From Prolixibacteraceae bacterium (GTDB lineage Bacteria > Bacteroidota > Bacteroidia > Bacteroidales > Prolixibacteraceae): DNA of 64,000 bases. The number at the start of each line of letters is the position of its first letter. Positions within the stretch are counted from its first letter, which is position 1. Below the pieces are notes generated by a model that saw nothing but the letters and a program-made list of their open reading frames with translations, made no database searches and was not told where the DNA came from. This document shows, one piece after another, positions 46,821 through 57,056 of this stretch. The DNA lies in contig CAXXUQ010000003.1 of NCBI GenBank assembly GCA_963676015.2, positions 58,256 to 122,255 on the forward strand, given 5' to 3'. Position numbers and translations under genes: made by a program.

Positions 46821-47594
46821 ATGAAATCAAAATCATTAGGATTTATTGGTGGTGGCCGAATCACCAAAATCTTCCTTCAGGCTTTGGCCAATAAGAAACT
46901 TGAACTTAATTCGGTAGTGGTATTCGATACAAACGCTGATGTACTTGCAGCCCTGAAACAACAGTTTCCAAACATTGTTGTTGCCGAAACTCCGGAACAA
47001 GCAGCGCAACAGCCGACTGTTTTTATTGCCCTGCACCCGCCGATGATCATGGAATCACTTGGAAAAATTGCCGAAATAATTTCTTCTGATGCCTTGGTAA
47101 TTTCGCTTGCCCCAAAGATCAATATTGAAAAGATCGCATCAAAACTAAAGACATCGAACATTGTTCGCATGATCCCAAATGCCACTTCATTTATTAACGA
47201 AGGGTACAATCCGGTAACTTTTGCAGCAGACTTCAATGAAACGGAAAAAACTGAAGTGTTGGATTTACTTCAATTATTGGGAACAACTTTCGAAGTAGCC
47301 GAATCAAAACTGGAAGCCTACGCCCTGCTTTCGGCCATGCTGCCCACTTATTTCTGGTTCCAGTGGAATGAATTGACAAAATTAGGTGATCCAATGGGTC
47401 TGACAGAAGAAGAAAGCAATGTTGCCATACAACAAACCTTACAGGCCGCGATGAATTTGTACTTCGAATCAGGACTTTCGCCAGAAAAGGTAATGGATTT
47501 AATACCGGTGAAACCAATCGGTGAGCACCAGACACAGATTACCGAAATTTATCAAACCAAACTAATGGGATTGTTTGAGAAGATTAAACCATAA
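46821..47594 (+). CDS. NAD(P)-binding oxidoreductase, pyrroline-5-carboxylate reductase-like
   Basis: GFIGGGRIT Rossmann motif, IVRMIPNA.S. Confidence 0.8.
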   Translation: MKSKSLGFIGGGRITKIFLQALANKKLELNSVVVFDTNADVLAALKQQFPNIVVAETPEQAAQQPTVFIALHPPMIMESLGKIAEIISSDALVISLAPKINIEKIASKLKTSNIVRMIPNATSFINEGYNPVTFAADFNETEKTEVLDLLQLLGTTFEVAESKLEAYALLSAMLPTYFWFQWNELTKLGDPMGLTEEESNVAIQQTLQAAMNLYFESGLSPEKVMDLIPVKPIGEHQTQITEIYQTKLMGLFEKIKP

Positions 47595-47596
47595 AA

Positions 47597-48073
47597 ATGG
47601 TAAAGAAGATTTTCCTCTGGGTAGTATATGTTTTGCTGTTCGGGTTTATAATCATCGGATTTGCCTTAAAAGAGAACATGAACAACTACCTTTCGAAAAT
47701 GATGAAAGCACAAGCCGGTTCCGAAATTATTAATTCGGGATCGGCCTATGTCGATTCTACCTTCAACTACAAAAAAAATAGGCTGAATTATCAGCTTACT
47801 TTTCTCGAATTTGGGTCAACAGGTTGTTCTGCCTGTAAACGCATGGAGAAAGTGATGGATGAAATCAGTAAAAAATACCCACAAACCGTAAACGTAGTTT
47901 TCCTGAATATTTTGAAACCCGGAAATCAGGTTTTAATGAAATACTTTGGTGTTGCATCAATCCCAACACAGGTTTTACTTGACAAGGAAGGAAATGAGTA
48001 TTTCAGGCATACCGGTTATTATTCCACAGAAGAAGTTGATACGGAAATTATCAAAAAACGGAATATATATTAA
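47597..48073 (+). CDS. membrane-anchored thioredoxin-family protein
   Basis: FLEFGSTGCSACKRM, IPTQVLLDK.G.E.FRHTG. Confidence 0.88.
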   Translation: MVKKIFLWVVYVLLFGFIIIGFALKENMNNYLSKMMKAQAGSEIINSGSAYVDSTFNYKKNRLNYQLTFLEFGSTGCSACKRMEKVMDEISKKYPQTVNVVFLNILKPGNQVLMKYFGVASIPTQVLLDKEGNEYFRHTGYYSTEEVDTEIIKKRNIY

Positions 48074-48228
48074 AGACGAACACTTCAATCCGGATTTGAT
48101 TTTCTGCGGCCATTCATTCATACTAATTTTTCAATTAAGGATCAAAAATTTTATTAAAATATATGTCGCAGATATACGTCGCATTAATATTAAACGTATA
48201 TTTACGTCGTAATTTAAAATTCAAGGTC

Positions 48229-48564
48229 ATGGTAATAGCAAAAACAGAACTTTTCGACGAAGTGCTTCAAATAAGAGCCAGTTTATTCAAAGCACTTGCA
48301 CACCCAGCACGTCTGCAAATTCTTCAATTCCTGGCCGAAACAAAAAACTGTATTTCAGGTGATATTTCGGAAGAACTTCCTTTAAGCCGTACAACTGTTA
48401 ATCAGCATTTGAAGGAATTAAAAGATGCTGGATTGATTCGTGGACATGTTGAAGGAGTAAAAACAAACTATTGTCTCGATTATGAAAAGGTAGTAGAGAT
48501 GAAGGAAATTCTTTCCGGATTCCTGGATGATATTCAATTACCGGAAAATTTCTCCTGTAAATAG
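48229..48564 (+). CDS. arsR: ArsR/SmtB repressor 3
   Basis: FKALAHPARLQIL..LA....CISGDI...LPL...TV.QHL.ELK.AGLI.G. Palindrome ACGTA-TATT-TACGT at 48194-48207. Confidence 0.9.
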   Translation: MVIAKTELFDEVLQIRASLFKALAHPARLQILQFLAETKNCISGDISEELPLSRTTVNQHLKELKDAGLIRGHVEGVKTNYCLDYEKVVEMKEILSGFLDDIQLPENFSCK

Positions 48565-48621
48565 CCACATTTATTGGCAATTTTCAAAAAATTCCTGATA
48601 ACTATTTGAATACATTAAGCT

Positions 48622-48834
48622 ATGAAAATATTAATCAGTTATGTAATCCAAGGGGAAAAGAGTCATCATTATAACTCTGAAATCGTGGATCTAAAATTAA
48701 ATGCTCCTTTATATTCTCCTGAACCTCGACAATCGGAAATTGAGATTGAAATAGTCAAATGGGCTGAAATGAGGCAAAGTAAATTGAAAGGTAGTGAAAA
48801 AATCATAGTGCTGAAAACATTAAAAACCAATTAG
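48622..48834 (+). CDS. small hypothetical protein
   Basis: 70-aa ORF lying in operon orientation. Confidence 0.45.
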   Translation: MKILISYVIQGEKSHHYNSEIVDLKLNAPLYSPEPRQSEIEIEIVKWAEMRQSKLKGSEKIIVLKTLKTN

Positions 48835-48879
48835 GCAGTTTAAAAAAATATCCCAAAAACAACTTAAAATCAAAAAATC

Positions 48880-49722
48880 ATGAACTCAATGAAAGGATCA
48901 CTTTTATCATTAACTGTAATTAGCTTATTGGCATTAACTGCCTGCGGCAATACCAATGCTGGCACCAAACAGGCAAGTAAGGGAACCGAAGCGACCCAAA
49001 GCGCTCAACCTGAACAGCAAGCAACATTACCTGCAAGCAACTCAAAAATTCAGGCCGATCTGGAAAAGGCTAAAAAAGATGGAAAGGCTGTTTTTGTAGT
49101 AGTAACCGGAACTGGGGTAACTGAAACCGATAAGGCAACAACAATAGCCAAAGGCGCCAATGCCATCTATAAAAATGCAGCCGTAGTCCAAATGGACAGA
49201 GACGATGCCGCCAATGCACAATTGGTAGCCGAATGGAGGTTAGCCGGTGCGCCGCTTCCCCTGGTATTAGTTGTTTCACCCAAAGGTCAGTTAACAGGTG
49301 GAATGGTACTGGCTCAGGCTACTGCTGAAACTATTGCTGCCCTTGTGCCATCACCCAAACTGGAAGAAGTGCAGGAAGTTATAAGCAATAAAAAACCTGC
49401 TTTTGTGGTCTTCACAAAAAAAACATACAGCGATCGTGCAGAAGTACTTCAGGCATGTAAAGAAGCCGTAACTATTTTAAAGAATAATGCTGCGATTGTT
49501 GAAGTGGATTTGGATGACATGAAGGAAGCTAGTCTTATTGACAGGCTTGAAGTGGACAAATCATCAAAGGAAACTACCACACAAGTTGTCAATGTACAGG
49601 GACAAATTGCCGGAACTTCATCAGGGTTGCCCGATGCAGCCAAATTAGCCGCTGCTGCTATTGCACCTCCCAAAAGCGGATGCTGCCCAGGAGGAGCCGG
49701 ATCTTCAGGTTGCGCTAAGTAA
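48880..49722 (+). CDS. lipoprotein with tandem thioredoxin-like regions and a Cys-rich tail
   Basis: Lipobox LTAC; C-terminal SGCCPGGAGSSGCAK. Confidence 0.7.
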   Translation: MNSMKGSLLSLTVISLLALTACGNTNAGTKQASKGTEATQSAQPEQQATLPASNSKIQADLEKAKKDGKAVFVVVTGTGVTETDKATTIAKGANAIYKNAAVVQMDRDDAANAQLVAEWRLAGAPLPLVLVVSPKGQLTGGMVLAQATAETIAALVPSPKLEEVQEVISNKKPAFVVFTKKTYSDRAEVLQACKEAVTILKNNAAIVEVDLDDMKEASLIDRLEVDKSSKETTTQVVNVQGQIAGTSSGLPDAAKLAAAAIAPPKSGCCPGGAGSSGCAK

Positions 49723-49736
49723 AAAAGTTCGAAATT

Positions 49737-50954
49737 ATGAGATTAACAGATTTAACATTAAAGGAGCTTTGGCACAGAAAATCGCAACTTGTATCTGGTT
49801 TGTTAGCCATTACGTTGGGCATTGGTGTGATTGTAGGTATCCGTTCTTTCTCTGTTGTGTCAGAGAAAGCAGTAGCGGTGAACCTCGACAATCTGGGGGC
49901 AAATGTATTAGTACTCCCACAAGCAGCCAGTGTTGACAATTATTATTCTGCCGACATTGATGCCCCAACCTTTCCTGAAAGCTATGTGGAAAGAATAGTT
50001 ACGTCCACTTTGCCCGGTGTCGATAATTTATCACCCAAGTTAACAAGAAGGGTTAAAATCGGCAATGAAAACATTGTGTTGACAGGTATTCTGCCTAAAA
50101 GCGAAATAGCATCAAAACCTATCTGGCAACAGGGAGGTTTAATGACTAAAAAGGTGGCAGCAAGTTGCGCCCCAAAACCCGGTGCCGAACCTGCCAAATA
50201 TCTGGATGCAAAACTTCAACGAAAGGGAATTGACTCTTTGGCAGAAGCAGATTGTTTTATCGGTTCAGCAGTTGCCCAAAGACTCAATCTAAAGGAAGCT
50301 GGTACACTGACCATCGAGGGCAAGATCTTTACAGTTGTGAAGGTTTTACCTGAAACCGGAACAGTTGATGATGACCGCGTATTTGCAAATCTGCACACGG
50401 TTCAGACACTTTTGGGTACAGGAGAACAAATCAGCGCCATTGAAATTATGGGTTGTTGTCAGGAAATTTCAGAAGGCCTTTTGGGAAAACTCCGGAATGT
50501 ATTGCCTGATACGCGCATTACCACCATTGGACAAATTGTTTCTACTCAAATAGAAACCAATAAAATGATGAATAAAATATCGATGGTATTTCTCATCATC
50601 ATCCTTTTTGTAGGTAGCATATCTATTGGTAATTACATCTGGGCAAACGTGAACGAACGCCGGAAAGAAATTGGAATCCTTCGCATGATTGGTTACCACA
50701 AAAGACATATTTATTATATCCTGGTGCTTAAAGGTATCATCATTGGTCTTTTGGGTGGAATTGCCGGTTATATTCTTGGAACTTTAGGCGCAATCTGGCT
50801 TGGGCCACAATTTGCCGGAATCGAAGTCAGTCCAATTTATACACTGTTACTCGTTTCTATCGCCCTTTCTATTTCTATTTCAATCTTGGGATCGGTTATT
50901 CCTGCTTATCTGGCCGGAAAAATTGAACCATTTTCAAACATGCAGGAGGATTAA
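49737..50954 (+). CDS. MacB/FtsX-family ABC permease
   Basis: L.EL..RK...L....ITLG, periplasmic domain containing EIMGCC, NVNERRKEIGILR.IG. Confidence 0.9.
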   Translation: MRLTDLTLKELWHRKSQLVSGLLAITLGIGVIVGIRSFSVVSEKAVAVNLDNLGANVLVLPQAASVDNYYSADIDAPTFPESYVERIVTSTLPGVDNLSPKLTRRVKIGNENIVLTGILPKSEIASKPIWQQGGLMTKKVAASCAPKPGAEPAKYLDAKLQRKGIDSLAEADCFIGSAVAQRLNLKEAGTLTIEGKIFTVVKVLPETGTVDDDRVFANLHTVQTLLGTGEQISAIEIMGCCQEISEGLLGKLRNVLPDTRITTIGQIVSTQIETNKMMNKISMVFLIIILFVGSISIGNYIWANVNERRKEIGILRMIGYHKRHIYYILVLKGIIIGLLGGIAGYILGTLGAIWLGPQFAGIEVSPIYTLLLVSIALSISISILGSVIPAYLAGKIEPFSNMQED

Positions 50955-50956
50955 TT

Positions 50957-51670
50957 ATGCTTATACAACTGAAAAATCTCACGAAGACCTATCAACATCA
51001 CGATGGGGCAATCAATGCAGTTGATGACCTCTCACTCGATATTCCTAAAGGTTCTTTTGTAACCATAACAGGAGCTTCAGGTTCAGGCAAAACAACTTTA
51101 TTGCTGATTCTTGGTGGTTTATTACGTCCAACTTCAGGAAAGATGAGCTATAACTGTAAGGAAATAAACCTGCACAATGACGAAGAATTAGCCAATTTCC
51201 GCAGCAATCATGTCGGGTTTGTGATGCAGAGCTTTGCCCTTGTACCATATCTTACTGCTATTGAAAATATCATGATTGCCTTGAACGTGAAAAACAGAAA
51301 CACGACTGAAAATAGAAAAAGGGCTCTGGAATTGTTAGAATGGGTCGGTTTGGAAGACCGAACCACTCATTACCCAAAGGAACTTTCGGCGGGGCAACAA
51401 CAGCGCGTGGCCATTGCCCGTTCCTTGGCAAACAACCCCGATTTGCTTCTTGCTGATGAACCCACCGGAAATCTTGACCCCGGATTGTCGGAAGAAATAC
51501 TTGGTATTTTGAAAGAGATCAACCTGAAACAAAAAACGACTGTCGTGATGGTTACCCATAGCCCAATGGCTGCTGAATATGGTGATACGAAAATTCAGCT
51601 TAAAGATGGAAAATTAAATAGCCTTCATTTGAAGGAAGTTAAGCTAGACATTGAAGTTTCTGTAAATTAA
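50957..51670 (+). CDS. LolD/MacB-type ABC ATPase
   Basis: GASGSGKTT, LSAGQQQRVAIAR, LLADEPTGNLD, VTH. Confidence 0.95.
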   Translation: MLIQLKNLTKTYQHHDGAINAVDDLSLDIPKGSFVTITGASGSGKTTLLLILGGLLRPTSGKMSYNCKEINLHNDEELANFRSNHVGFVMQSFALVPYLTAIENIMIALNVKNRNTTENRKRALELLEWVGLEDRTTHYPKELSAGQQQRVAIARSLANNPDLLLADEPTGNLDPGLSEEILGILKEINLKQKTTVVMVTHSPMAAEYGDTKIQLKDGKLNSLHLKEVKLDIEVSVN

Positions 51671-51678
51671 ACTCGAAC

Positions 51679-52026
51679 ATGATGAAACTCGAAATATTTG
51701 AACCATCGCTTTGTTGCGATAGCGGTGTTTGCGGGCCAGAACCTGATAAAGTACTTATTGACCTGCAAAACACTATTCAGTTGTTAAAAAAGGCTGGCGT
51801 GGAAACCAAACGGTACGCCATTAACCAGGCCCCGATTGTGTTTTTACAAAATACGGTTGTCAGGGATTTTATAAAGGCAAACGGACCGGGCAAGTTACCG
51901 CTGGTATTGCTCGATAATCAAATCATCAAAACTGAAGGTTATCCGACAATTGATGAACTCAAAACGCTTATCCCGGAATTGAACGGAATAAAACCAGACA
52001 CGAAAATTCTTGGAATTTTTAGCTGA
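51679..52026 (+). CDS. arsD: arsenite metallochaperone
   Basis: IFEPSLCCDSGVCGP, LP..L.D..I...GYPT..EL. Confidence 0.92.
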   Translation: MMKLEIFEPSLCCDSGVCGPEPDKVLIDLQNTIQLLKKAGVETKRYAINQAPIVFLQNTVVRDFIKANGPGKLPLVLLDNQIIKTEGYPTIDELKTLIPELNGIKPDTKILGIFS

Positions 52027-52036
52027 CCCTAACAAG

Positions 52037-52351
52037 ATGGAAACAAAAATCTTTTTGGTTGAACTTTTCACTATTCCACAAGCGGCTTGTGATTCCGGTA
52101 AAGCAAACTGGATACAGGTTGGTGAAATGGTAAAAAATCAACTCGAAACCAGGTTTGGGAAGTTGATTGAATTCAAACATGTTGAATTCATGTCCGAACA
52201 ATGGTTTGAGAATCAAAAAGCACAGGAAATGCTTGAAAATGGCGAGGTAAATTTTCCTTTCGTTTTGGTGGATGGAGAAATTGCCAGTGCCGACAAAAAA
52301 ATTAATGTATCCAAGGTAAACCGGGCGATACAATTGAAAATACAACAATGA
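52037..52351 (+). CDS. small thioredoxin-like hypothetical protein between arsD and arsA
   Basis: Single Cys (AACDS); FPFVLVDGE resembles the cis-Pro strand of the Trx fold. Confidence 0.6.
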   Translation: METKIFLVELFTIPQAACDSGKANWIQVGEMVKNQLETRFGKLIEFKHVEFMSEQWFENQKAQEMLENGEVNFPFVLVDGEIASADKKINVSKVNRAIQLKIQQ

Positions 52352-54162
52352 CACAATACATATTTTTTTCAGGAAAAGGCGGCGTGGGAAAAACCACAAT
52401 GGCAGCCACAACAGCAGTTTATCAGTCGGGCAAAGGAAAAAGAACTTTGCTTGTATCAACCGACCCGGCAGGAAACCTGGGCGATATTTTTGAACGCAAG
52501 GTAGGTGTTGAACCTACACTGGTTGCTCCAAATCTGTCGGTAGCCCAAATGGATTCGGATGCCATAACAGATGCCTACAAAAACCGGATGCTCGAACCAC
52601 TATCTGCCATTCTTGATGAACTGGCGCTGGCGCAGGTCAAAGAAGAGTTTAACGGAGGTTGCACGGTAGAGATTGCCACATTCGATAAGTTTACCGATTT
52701 TCTGGGTGATGAAACTTACGACCTGATCGTATTTGATACCGCTCCAACGGGCCATACACTCCGATTAATGACTTTGCCCAATGAGTGGGATAAATACATC
52801 AAGAAAAGTTCGGAAGGAAGTGGGCAAACCTGTATCGGCCCGGTTTCACAAATTGAGGGTGCAAGGGCAAAATATGCACATGCAGTTCAGATGATGCAGG
52901 ATGCCAATCGTACCATTGTGTATCTGGTTAGCCGTCCCGAAAAAACTTCGGTTTACGAAACCTTCAGGGCGCGGACGGAGCTTGAAAAAACAGGCATCCA
53001 TAATTTTCACCTTATTATCAATGGCGTTTATCCCAACCATGGAGCAACATCAGGAATTTTTGGGAAGTTGGCCGAAAATCAGAAGATTTACATCAAAGAA
53101 CTTCGAAGCAAATTTCCTGACGATACCTCAGAAGTGCCAATGCAACAATCGGAAGTAAAAGGTGCCGGTAATATTGCTTTGTTGGGACAAATAGCTTTTG
53201 AGAAGAAAGTCGCGACTTTACACAGTGGCTTTGCCCAAAGTAAACCATTTAACGAGTTTGCGTCTGCTGAAACGCTGACCCAATTACTGGAAAAGAAAAA
53301 TCACAGTCGTATCGCAATTCTCACAGGAAAAGGAGGAGTGGGGAAAACGGTAACAGCCTGCACTGTGGCCATGAAGTTGGCGGAGAAAGGCAAAACTCTG
53401 CTTTTCACTACCGATCCTGCTGCACATATTGGGCAAGTACTCGAAACCAATGTTACCCATATTCCGGTGAATGTAACAGGTAACCTCTGGGCCGTAAACA
53501 TCGACCAAAAAGAAGCGGTTGAAGAATATCGCCATAAAATATTAGAGGATGCAAAGTCAAACGGATACACTCCGGAGTTGATTGCCGCACTCGCAGAAGA
53601 ACTGGAATCACCATGTACCGAAGAAATTGCCATTTTCGAGCAATTTGCCAATTTATTGAACGAACCCGAATGGGAATATTTTGTGCTCGACACAGCGCCA
53701 ACTGGCCACACGCTGCGCCTTTTGGAACTGCCTTTTGAATACAAGAAGCAGCTCGACATGAAACTGAAAGGAAGCATTGATTCTGCAATTACCGAAAATG
53801 CAGGAGATGCAAGTACTAAAATTGAAAACTTAATTAGCAGACTGAAAGATCCGGAGGAAGCGACGTTCCTGTTGGTTGCTTATCCCGAATTCACTCCGCT
53901 TCACGAAAGTTTCCGAGCCATGAAAGATTTGGAAAGAGTTGGCATTCAGGCACAGGGCGTATTTTTGAACCATATCCTGAATGAACAGGATTGTACCGAT
54001 GATTTTTCAATCGAACGGTGGAAGCTTCAGCAACATTATTTACATCAGGCCAGTGAAATTTATCATCCAAAGCCATTGTTCTCCATACCGCTTCAATCTT
54101 CCGAAATTATAGGTATTGGCCAGGTAAAAGCCCTTTCAGAATTGATTTTCAACAAAAAATAA
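52348..54162 (+). CDS. arsA: arsenical pump-driving ATPase
   Basis: Two GKGGVGKT P-loops, two DTAPTGHT motifs, metal-site Cys in GGCTVE, TCIGP and PCTEE. Confidence 0.96.
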   Translation: MTQYIFFSGKGGVGKTTMAATTAVYQSGKGKRTLLVSTDPAGNLGDIFERKVGVEPTLVAPNLSVAQMDSDAITDAYKNRMLEPLSAILDELALAQVKEEFNGGCTVEIATFDKFTDFLGDETYDLIVFDTAPTGHTLRLMTLPNEWDKYIKKSSEGSGQTCIGPVSQIEGARAKYAHAVQMMQDANRTIVYLVSRPEKTSVYETFRARTELEKTGIHNFHLIINGVYPNHGATSGIFGKLAENQKIYIKELRSKFPDDTSEVPMQQSEVKGAGNIALLGQIAFEKKVATLHSGFAQSKPFNEFASAETLTQLLEKKNHSRIAILTGKGGVGKTVTACTVAMKLAEKGKTLLFTTDPAAHIGQVLETNVTHIPVNVTGNLWAVNIDQKEAVEEYRHKILEDAKSNGYTPELIAALAEELESPCTEEIAIFEQFANLLNEPEWEYFVLDTAPTGHTLRLLELPFEYKKQLDMKLKGSIDSAITENAGDASTKIENLISRLKDPEEATFLLVAYPEFTPLHESFRAMKDLERVGIQAQGVFLNHILNEQDCTDDFSIERWKLQQHYLHQASEIYHPKPLFSIPLQSSEIIGIGQVKALSELIFNKK

Positions 54163-54178
54163 TTCAAAAAATATCATC

Positions 54179-54466
54179 ATGAAAATTACAGAACAAGCGC
54201 AGGTCGAGTTGAAAAAAGCCCTTGATAGTTTTGACAAACCGGGTTCCGGAATTCATGTTTACAGCACACAAGGTTGCTGTGGCCCATCCATACAAATGGA
54301 CATTGCCACGCAGATAGGAAATGGGGAAACCGCAATTTCACTTGAAGGCATCGACTTCTATGTAGCAAGCGATTTAATTCCTAAACTGGCTGAAGTTACC
54401 ATTGAATTTGGCTCAAATGGATTCCGTTTAACTGGATTGAAAAAAGCGAGCAGTGGTTGTTGCTGA
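54179..54466 (+). CDS. HesB/IscA-like small Cys-rich protein
   Basis: QGCCGPSI.M, GI.FYV; C-terminal SGCC. Confidence 0.7.
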   Translation: MKITEQAQVELKKALDSFDKPGSGIHVYSTQGCCGPSIQMDIATQIGNGETAISLEGIDFYVASDLIPKLAEVTIEFGSNGFRLTGLKKASSGCC

Positions 54467-54500
54467 TAAAAACATATTCAAATTTTTAAATTATAACCCT

Positions 54501-54926
54501 ATGAAAGTATTAATTCTTTGCACAGGCAACAGTTGCCGTAGCCAAATGGCACATGGTTTTTTACAGTCGTTCGATCCAAACATTACCGTTTGTTCAGCAG
54601 GAACCGAAGCATCCGGAAAGCTGAACCAAAAAGCGGTTGCCGCCATGAAAGAGATCGGCATTGATATTAGTAACCACACTTCAGATTCAGTCGATTTGTA
54701 CCTCGATCAGGAATGGGATTATGTGATCACCGTTTGCGGTGGTGCCAACGAAAACTGCCCGGCTTTTTTCGGAAAAGTGAAACACCGCTTGCACATTGGC
54801 TTTGATGATCCGTCACATGCAGTTGGAACCGATGAATTCATCTGGAGTGAATTTATCCGGGTGAGGGACGAGATTAAAGAAGGCTTCTGGAAGTTTTACA
54901 GTGAAGAAATCAAGCCACAATTATGA
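54501..54926 (+). CDS. arsC: arsenate reductase (LMW-PTP family)
   Basis: LILCTGNSCRSQMA, ITVCGGA.ENCP, FDDP. Confidence 0.95.
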   Translation: MKVLILCTGNSCRSQMAHGFLQSFDPNITVCSAGTEASGKLNQKAVAAMKEIGIDISNHTSDSVDLYLDQEWDYVITVCGGANENCPAFFGKVKHRLHIGFDDPSHAVGTDEFIWSEFIRVRDEIKEGFWKFYSEEIKPQL

Positions 54927-55735
54927 AAGCCGAAGATTTAAAATTGGTAGTACAGGAGAAATATGGGGCAATAGCTAATCAGAGTTTATTGATGAACCAG
55001 CCGCAATCGTCTTGTTGTGGAACTTCCGGCTGTTGTGGAGAACTTGAATTTAGCATGATTGGCGACGAATACAAGAATATCGAAGGCTATAATCCTGATG
55101 CAGATTTAGGCTTAGGATGTGGACTTCCAACTCAGTTTGCCGACCTGAAAATTGGTGATCATGTCCTTGATTTAGGAAGTGGTGCCGGAAATGATTGTTT
55201 TGTAGCCCGCGCCATTGTTGGAGAAACAGGTAAAGTAACAGGTCTGGATTTTACAGATGCGATGGTTACCAAAGCCATCGGAAATAATCTGAAACTTGGG
55301 TTCACGAATGTTGAATTTGTGCAGGGCGATATTGAAGAAATGCCATTGCCGGACAACAACTTTGATGTGATTGTATCAAACTGTGTTTTAAATTTAGTTC
55401 CCGATAAAAACAAAGCTTTTGCCCAAATAATGCGGGTATTGAAGCCAGGTGGGCACTTTTGTGTTTCCGACGTGGTCATCAAAGGTGAACTGCCCCAAGC
55501 ACTGCGAAAAGATGCTGAAATGTATGTTGGGTGTGTTGCCGGAGCTGTTTCAATGAATGAGTATATCGACATCATTAACAGTAAAGGATTTAAAACCGTC
55601 ACGATCCACAAGCTAAAAGCAATATTAATTCCTGACGAAGTTCTAAATGACTATCTATCCAATTCCGAAATTGAAGATTTCAAAAATGGAGATACGGGAA
55701 TATTCAGTATTACAATTTCAGGTTACAAACAATAA
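54923..55735 (+). CDS. arsM: arsenite S-adenosylmethionine methyltransferase
   Basis: [37 protein letters not shown]. Confidence 0.95.
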   Translation: MKAEDLKLVVQEKYGAIANQSLLMNQPQSSCCGTSGCCGELEFSMIGDEYKNIEGYNPDADLGLGCGLPTQFADLKIGDHVLDLGSGAGNDCFVARAIVGETGKVTGLDFTDAMVTKAIGNNLKLGFTNVEFVQGDIEEMPLPDNNFDVIVSNCVLNLVPDKNKAFAQIMRVLKPGGHFCVSDVVIKGELPQALRKDAEMYVGCVAGAVSMNEYIDIINSKGFKTVTIHKLKAILIPDEVLNDYLSNSEIEDFKNGDTGIFSITISGYKQ

Positions 55736-55758
55736 TTATAACAATCTCAAAAATTAGT

Positions 55759-56808
55759 ATGAGCACAGCAAAACAACTTTCATTTTTTGACCGCTACCTT
55801 ACTTTATGGATATTTCTGGTCATGTTTGCCGGGGTTGTCGTTGGCTTTGGGTTCCCTGAAATTTCTGGTTTCTGGAATTCATTAAGCTCTGGAACTACCA
55901 ATATTCCCATTGCCATTGGACTGGTGCTGATGATGTATCCGCCGCTGGCCAAAGTGAAATACGAAAAATTACCACTGGTTTTCAAAAACCTGAAACTTCT
56001 TAGTTTATCACTGACACAAAACTGGATTGTCGGACCGTTGGTCATGTTCTTTTTGGCAATCGTTTTTCTGCACAATCAGCCGGGATTAATGGTTGGTGTT
56101 ATCCTGGTCGGATTAGCCCGATGTATTGCAATGGTGTTGGTTTGGAATGACCTCGCGAAAGGCGATACTGAACTTGCTGCCGGATTGGTTGCATTCAATG
56201 CCATTTTTCAGGTGTTTTTGTATTCAGTTTATGCCTATGTGTTTATTACCCTTTTACCTCCACTGTTTGGGTTAAAAGGAGCTGTTGTTGAAGTTTCGAT
56301 TTCAGAAATTGCAATTACGGTTTTGATTTATCTGGGAATACCTTTTGCCGCCGGGTTGATCTCAAACCTCATACTCCGCAATTGGATGGGTAGTGAATGG
56401 TACTTCTCCAAATTTATTCCTAAAGTTTCCTTGTTAACACCAATAGCATTGCTATTTACCATTTTTGTAATGTTCTCTCTGAAAGGTGAAAAAATCATTG
56501 AATTGCCTTTAGATGTGCTTCGGGTTGCAATACCTTATACCATCTATTTTGCCTTCATGTTTTTTAGTACCTTCTTTGCTGCCAAATGGATGGGCGAAGG
56601 TTACGAGAAATCAACAACGATGGCTTTTACCGCAGGAAGTAACGATTTTGAATTGGCAATTGCCGTGGCTATCGCAGTTTTCGGGATCAACTCTCAAGCT
56701 GCTTTTGCAACTGTAATTGGGCCATTGGTTGAAGTGCCGGTAATGATTGCATTGGTCAATGTGGCTTTTTATTTTAAAAGGAAATATTATTCAAGCAATA
56801 TGGTTTAA
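55759..56808 (+). CDS. acr3: Acr3 arsenite efflux permease
   Basis: [50 protein letters not shown]. Confidence 0.96.
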   Translation: MSTAKQLSFFDRYLTLWIFLVMFAGVVVGFGFPEISGFWNSLSSGTTNIPIAIGLVLMMYPPLAKVKYEKLPLVFKNLKLLSLSLTQNWIVGPLVMFFLAIVFLHNQPGLMVGVILVGLARCIAMVLVWNDLAKGDTELAAGLVAFNAIFQVFLYSVYAYVFITLLPPLFGLKGAVVEVSISEIAITVLIYLGIPFAAGLISNLILRNWMGSEWYFSKFIPKVSLLTPIALLFTIFVMFSLKGEKIIELPLDVLRVAIPYTIYFAFMFFSTFFAAKWMGEGYEKSTTMAFTAGSNDFELAIAVAIAVFGINSQAAFATVIGPLVEVPVMIALVNVAFYFKRKYYSSNMV

Positions 56809-56893
56809 TAAATCTTAATGCTTATTTACTTTATTCTTTTTTAAAATAGTATAAAATTTGTGTATATTTGTATTGTAATGGATTGAATATCAG

Positions 56894-56911
56894 TCGAGAC
56901 TATATCGAGAC
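56894..56911 (+). repeat. TCGAGAC direct repeat at 11-bp period (integrase arm-site-like)
   Basis: 56894-56900 and 56905-56911, about 55 bp inside the att-like core. Confidence 0.45.
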
Positions 56912-56965
56912 CTATTGAAATAAGCACTTAGTAAAATATTGATAATCAGCTCGGAATAAGGATAC

Positions 56966-56987
56966 GTTCAAACTCCAGCTGGGTCAC
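56966..56987 (+). other. tRNA 3'-end remnant, candidate attR (resembles the Bacteroidetes tRNA-Lys 3' end as I recall it)
   Basis: GTTCAAACTCCAGCTGGGTCAC matches a T-loop/T-stem/acceptor pattern. No 5' half of a tRNA precedes it. Confidence 0.6.
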
Positions 56988-57021
56988 TTAACAAGAAGCC
57001 ATTAGGCGACAAAAAACTGTC

Positions 57022-57056
57022 AAAGCCTCACAATATCAATATTGTGAGGCTTTTTT
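57022..57056 (+). terminator. terminator-like hairpin after the tRNA remnant
   Basis: AAAGCCTCACAATAT-CA-ATATTGTGAGGCTTT followed by a T-tract. Confidence 0.7.

Larger units (their letters stand above)
1..56987 (+). mobile_element. Bacteroidetes CTnDOT-like integrative conjugative element (left end outside window)
   Basis: rteC, xis-like HTH, traE-F-G-I-J-K-M-N, VirD4-like coupling protein, oriT-like hairpin, mobA-type gene and relaxase, ardC and cargo. Ends at a tRNA 3'-end-like att remnant at 56966-56987. Confidence 0.88.

Noticed and set aside
54455-54470. Possible selenocysteine at GCC-TGA-TAA of the HesB-like gene, and in other redox genes
   Set aside because: The TGA is immediately followed by TAA, I see no SECIS or sel genes, and the redox motifs I checked already use Cys.
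7422-56716. Numerous antisense or alternate-frame ORFs overlapping tra, hsd and ars genes
   Set aside because: Shadow ORFs of well-supported genes with no independent motifs.
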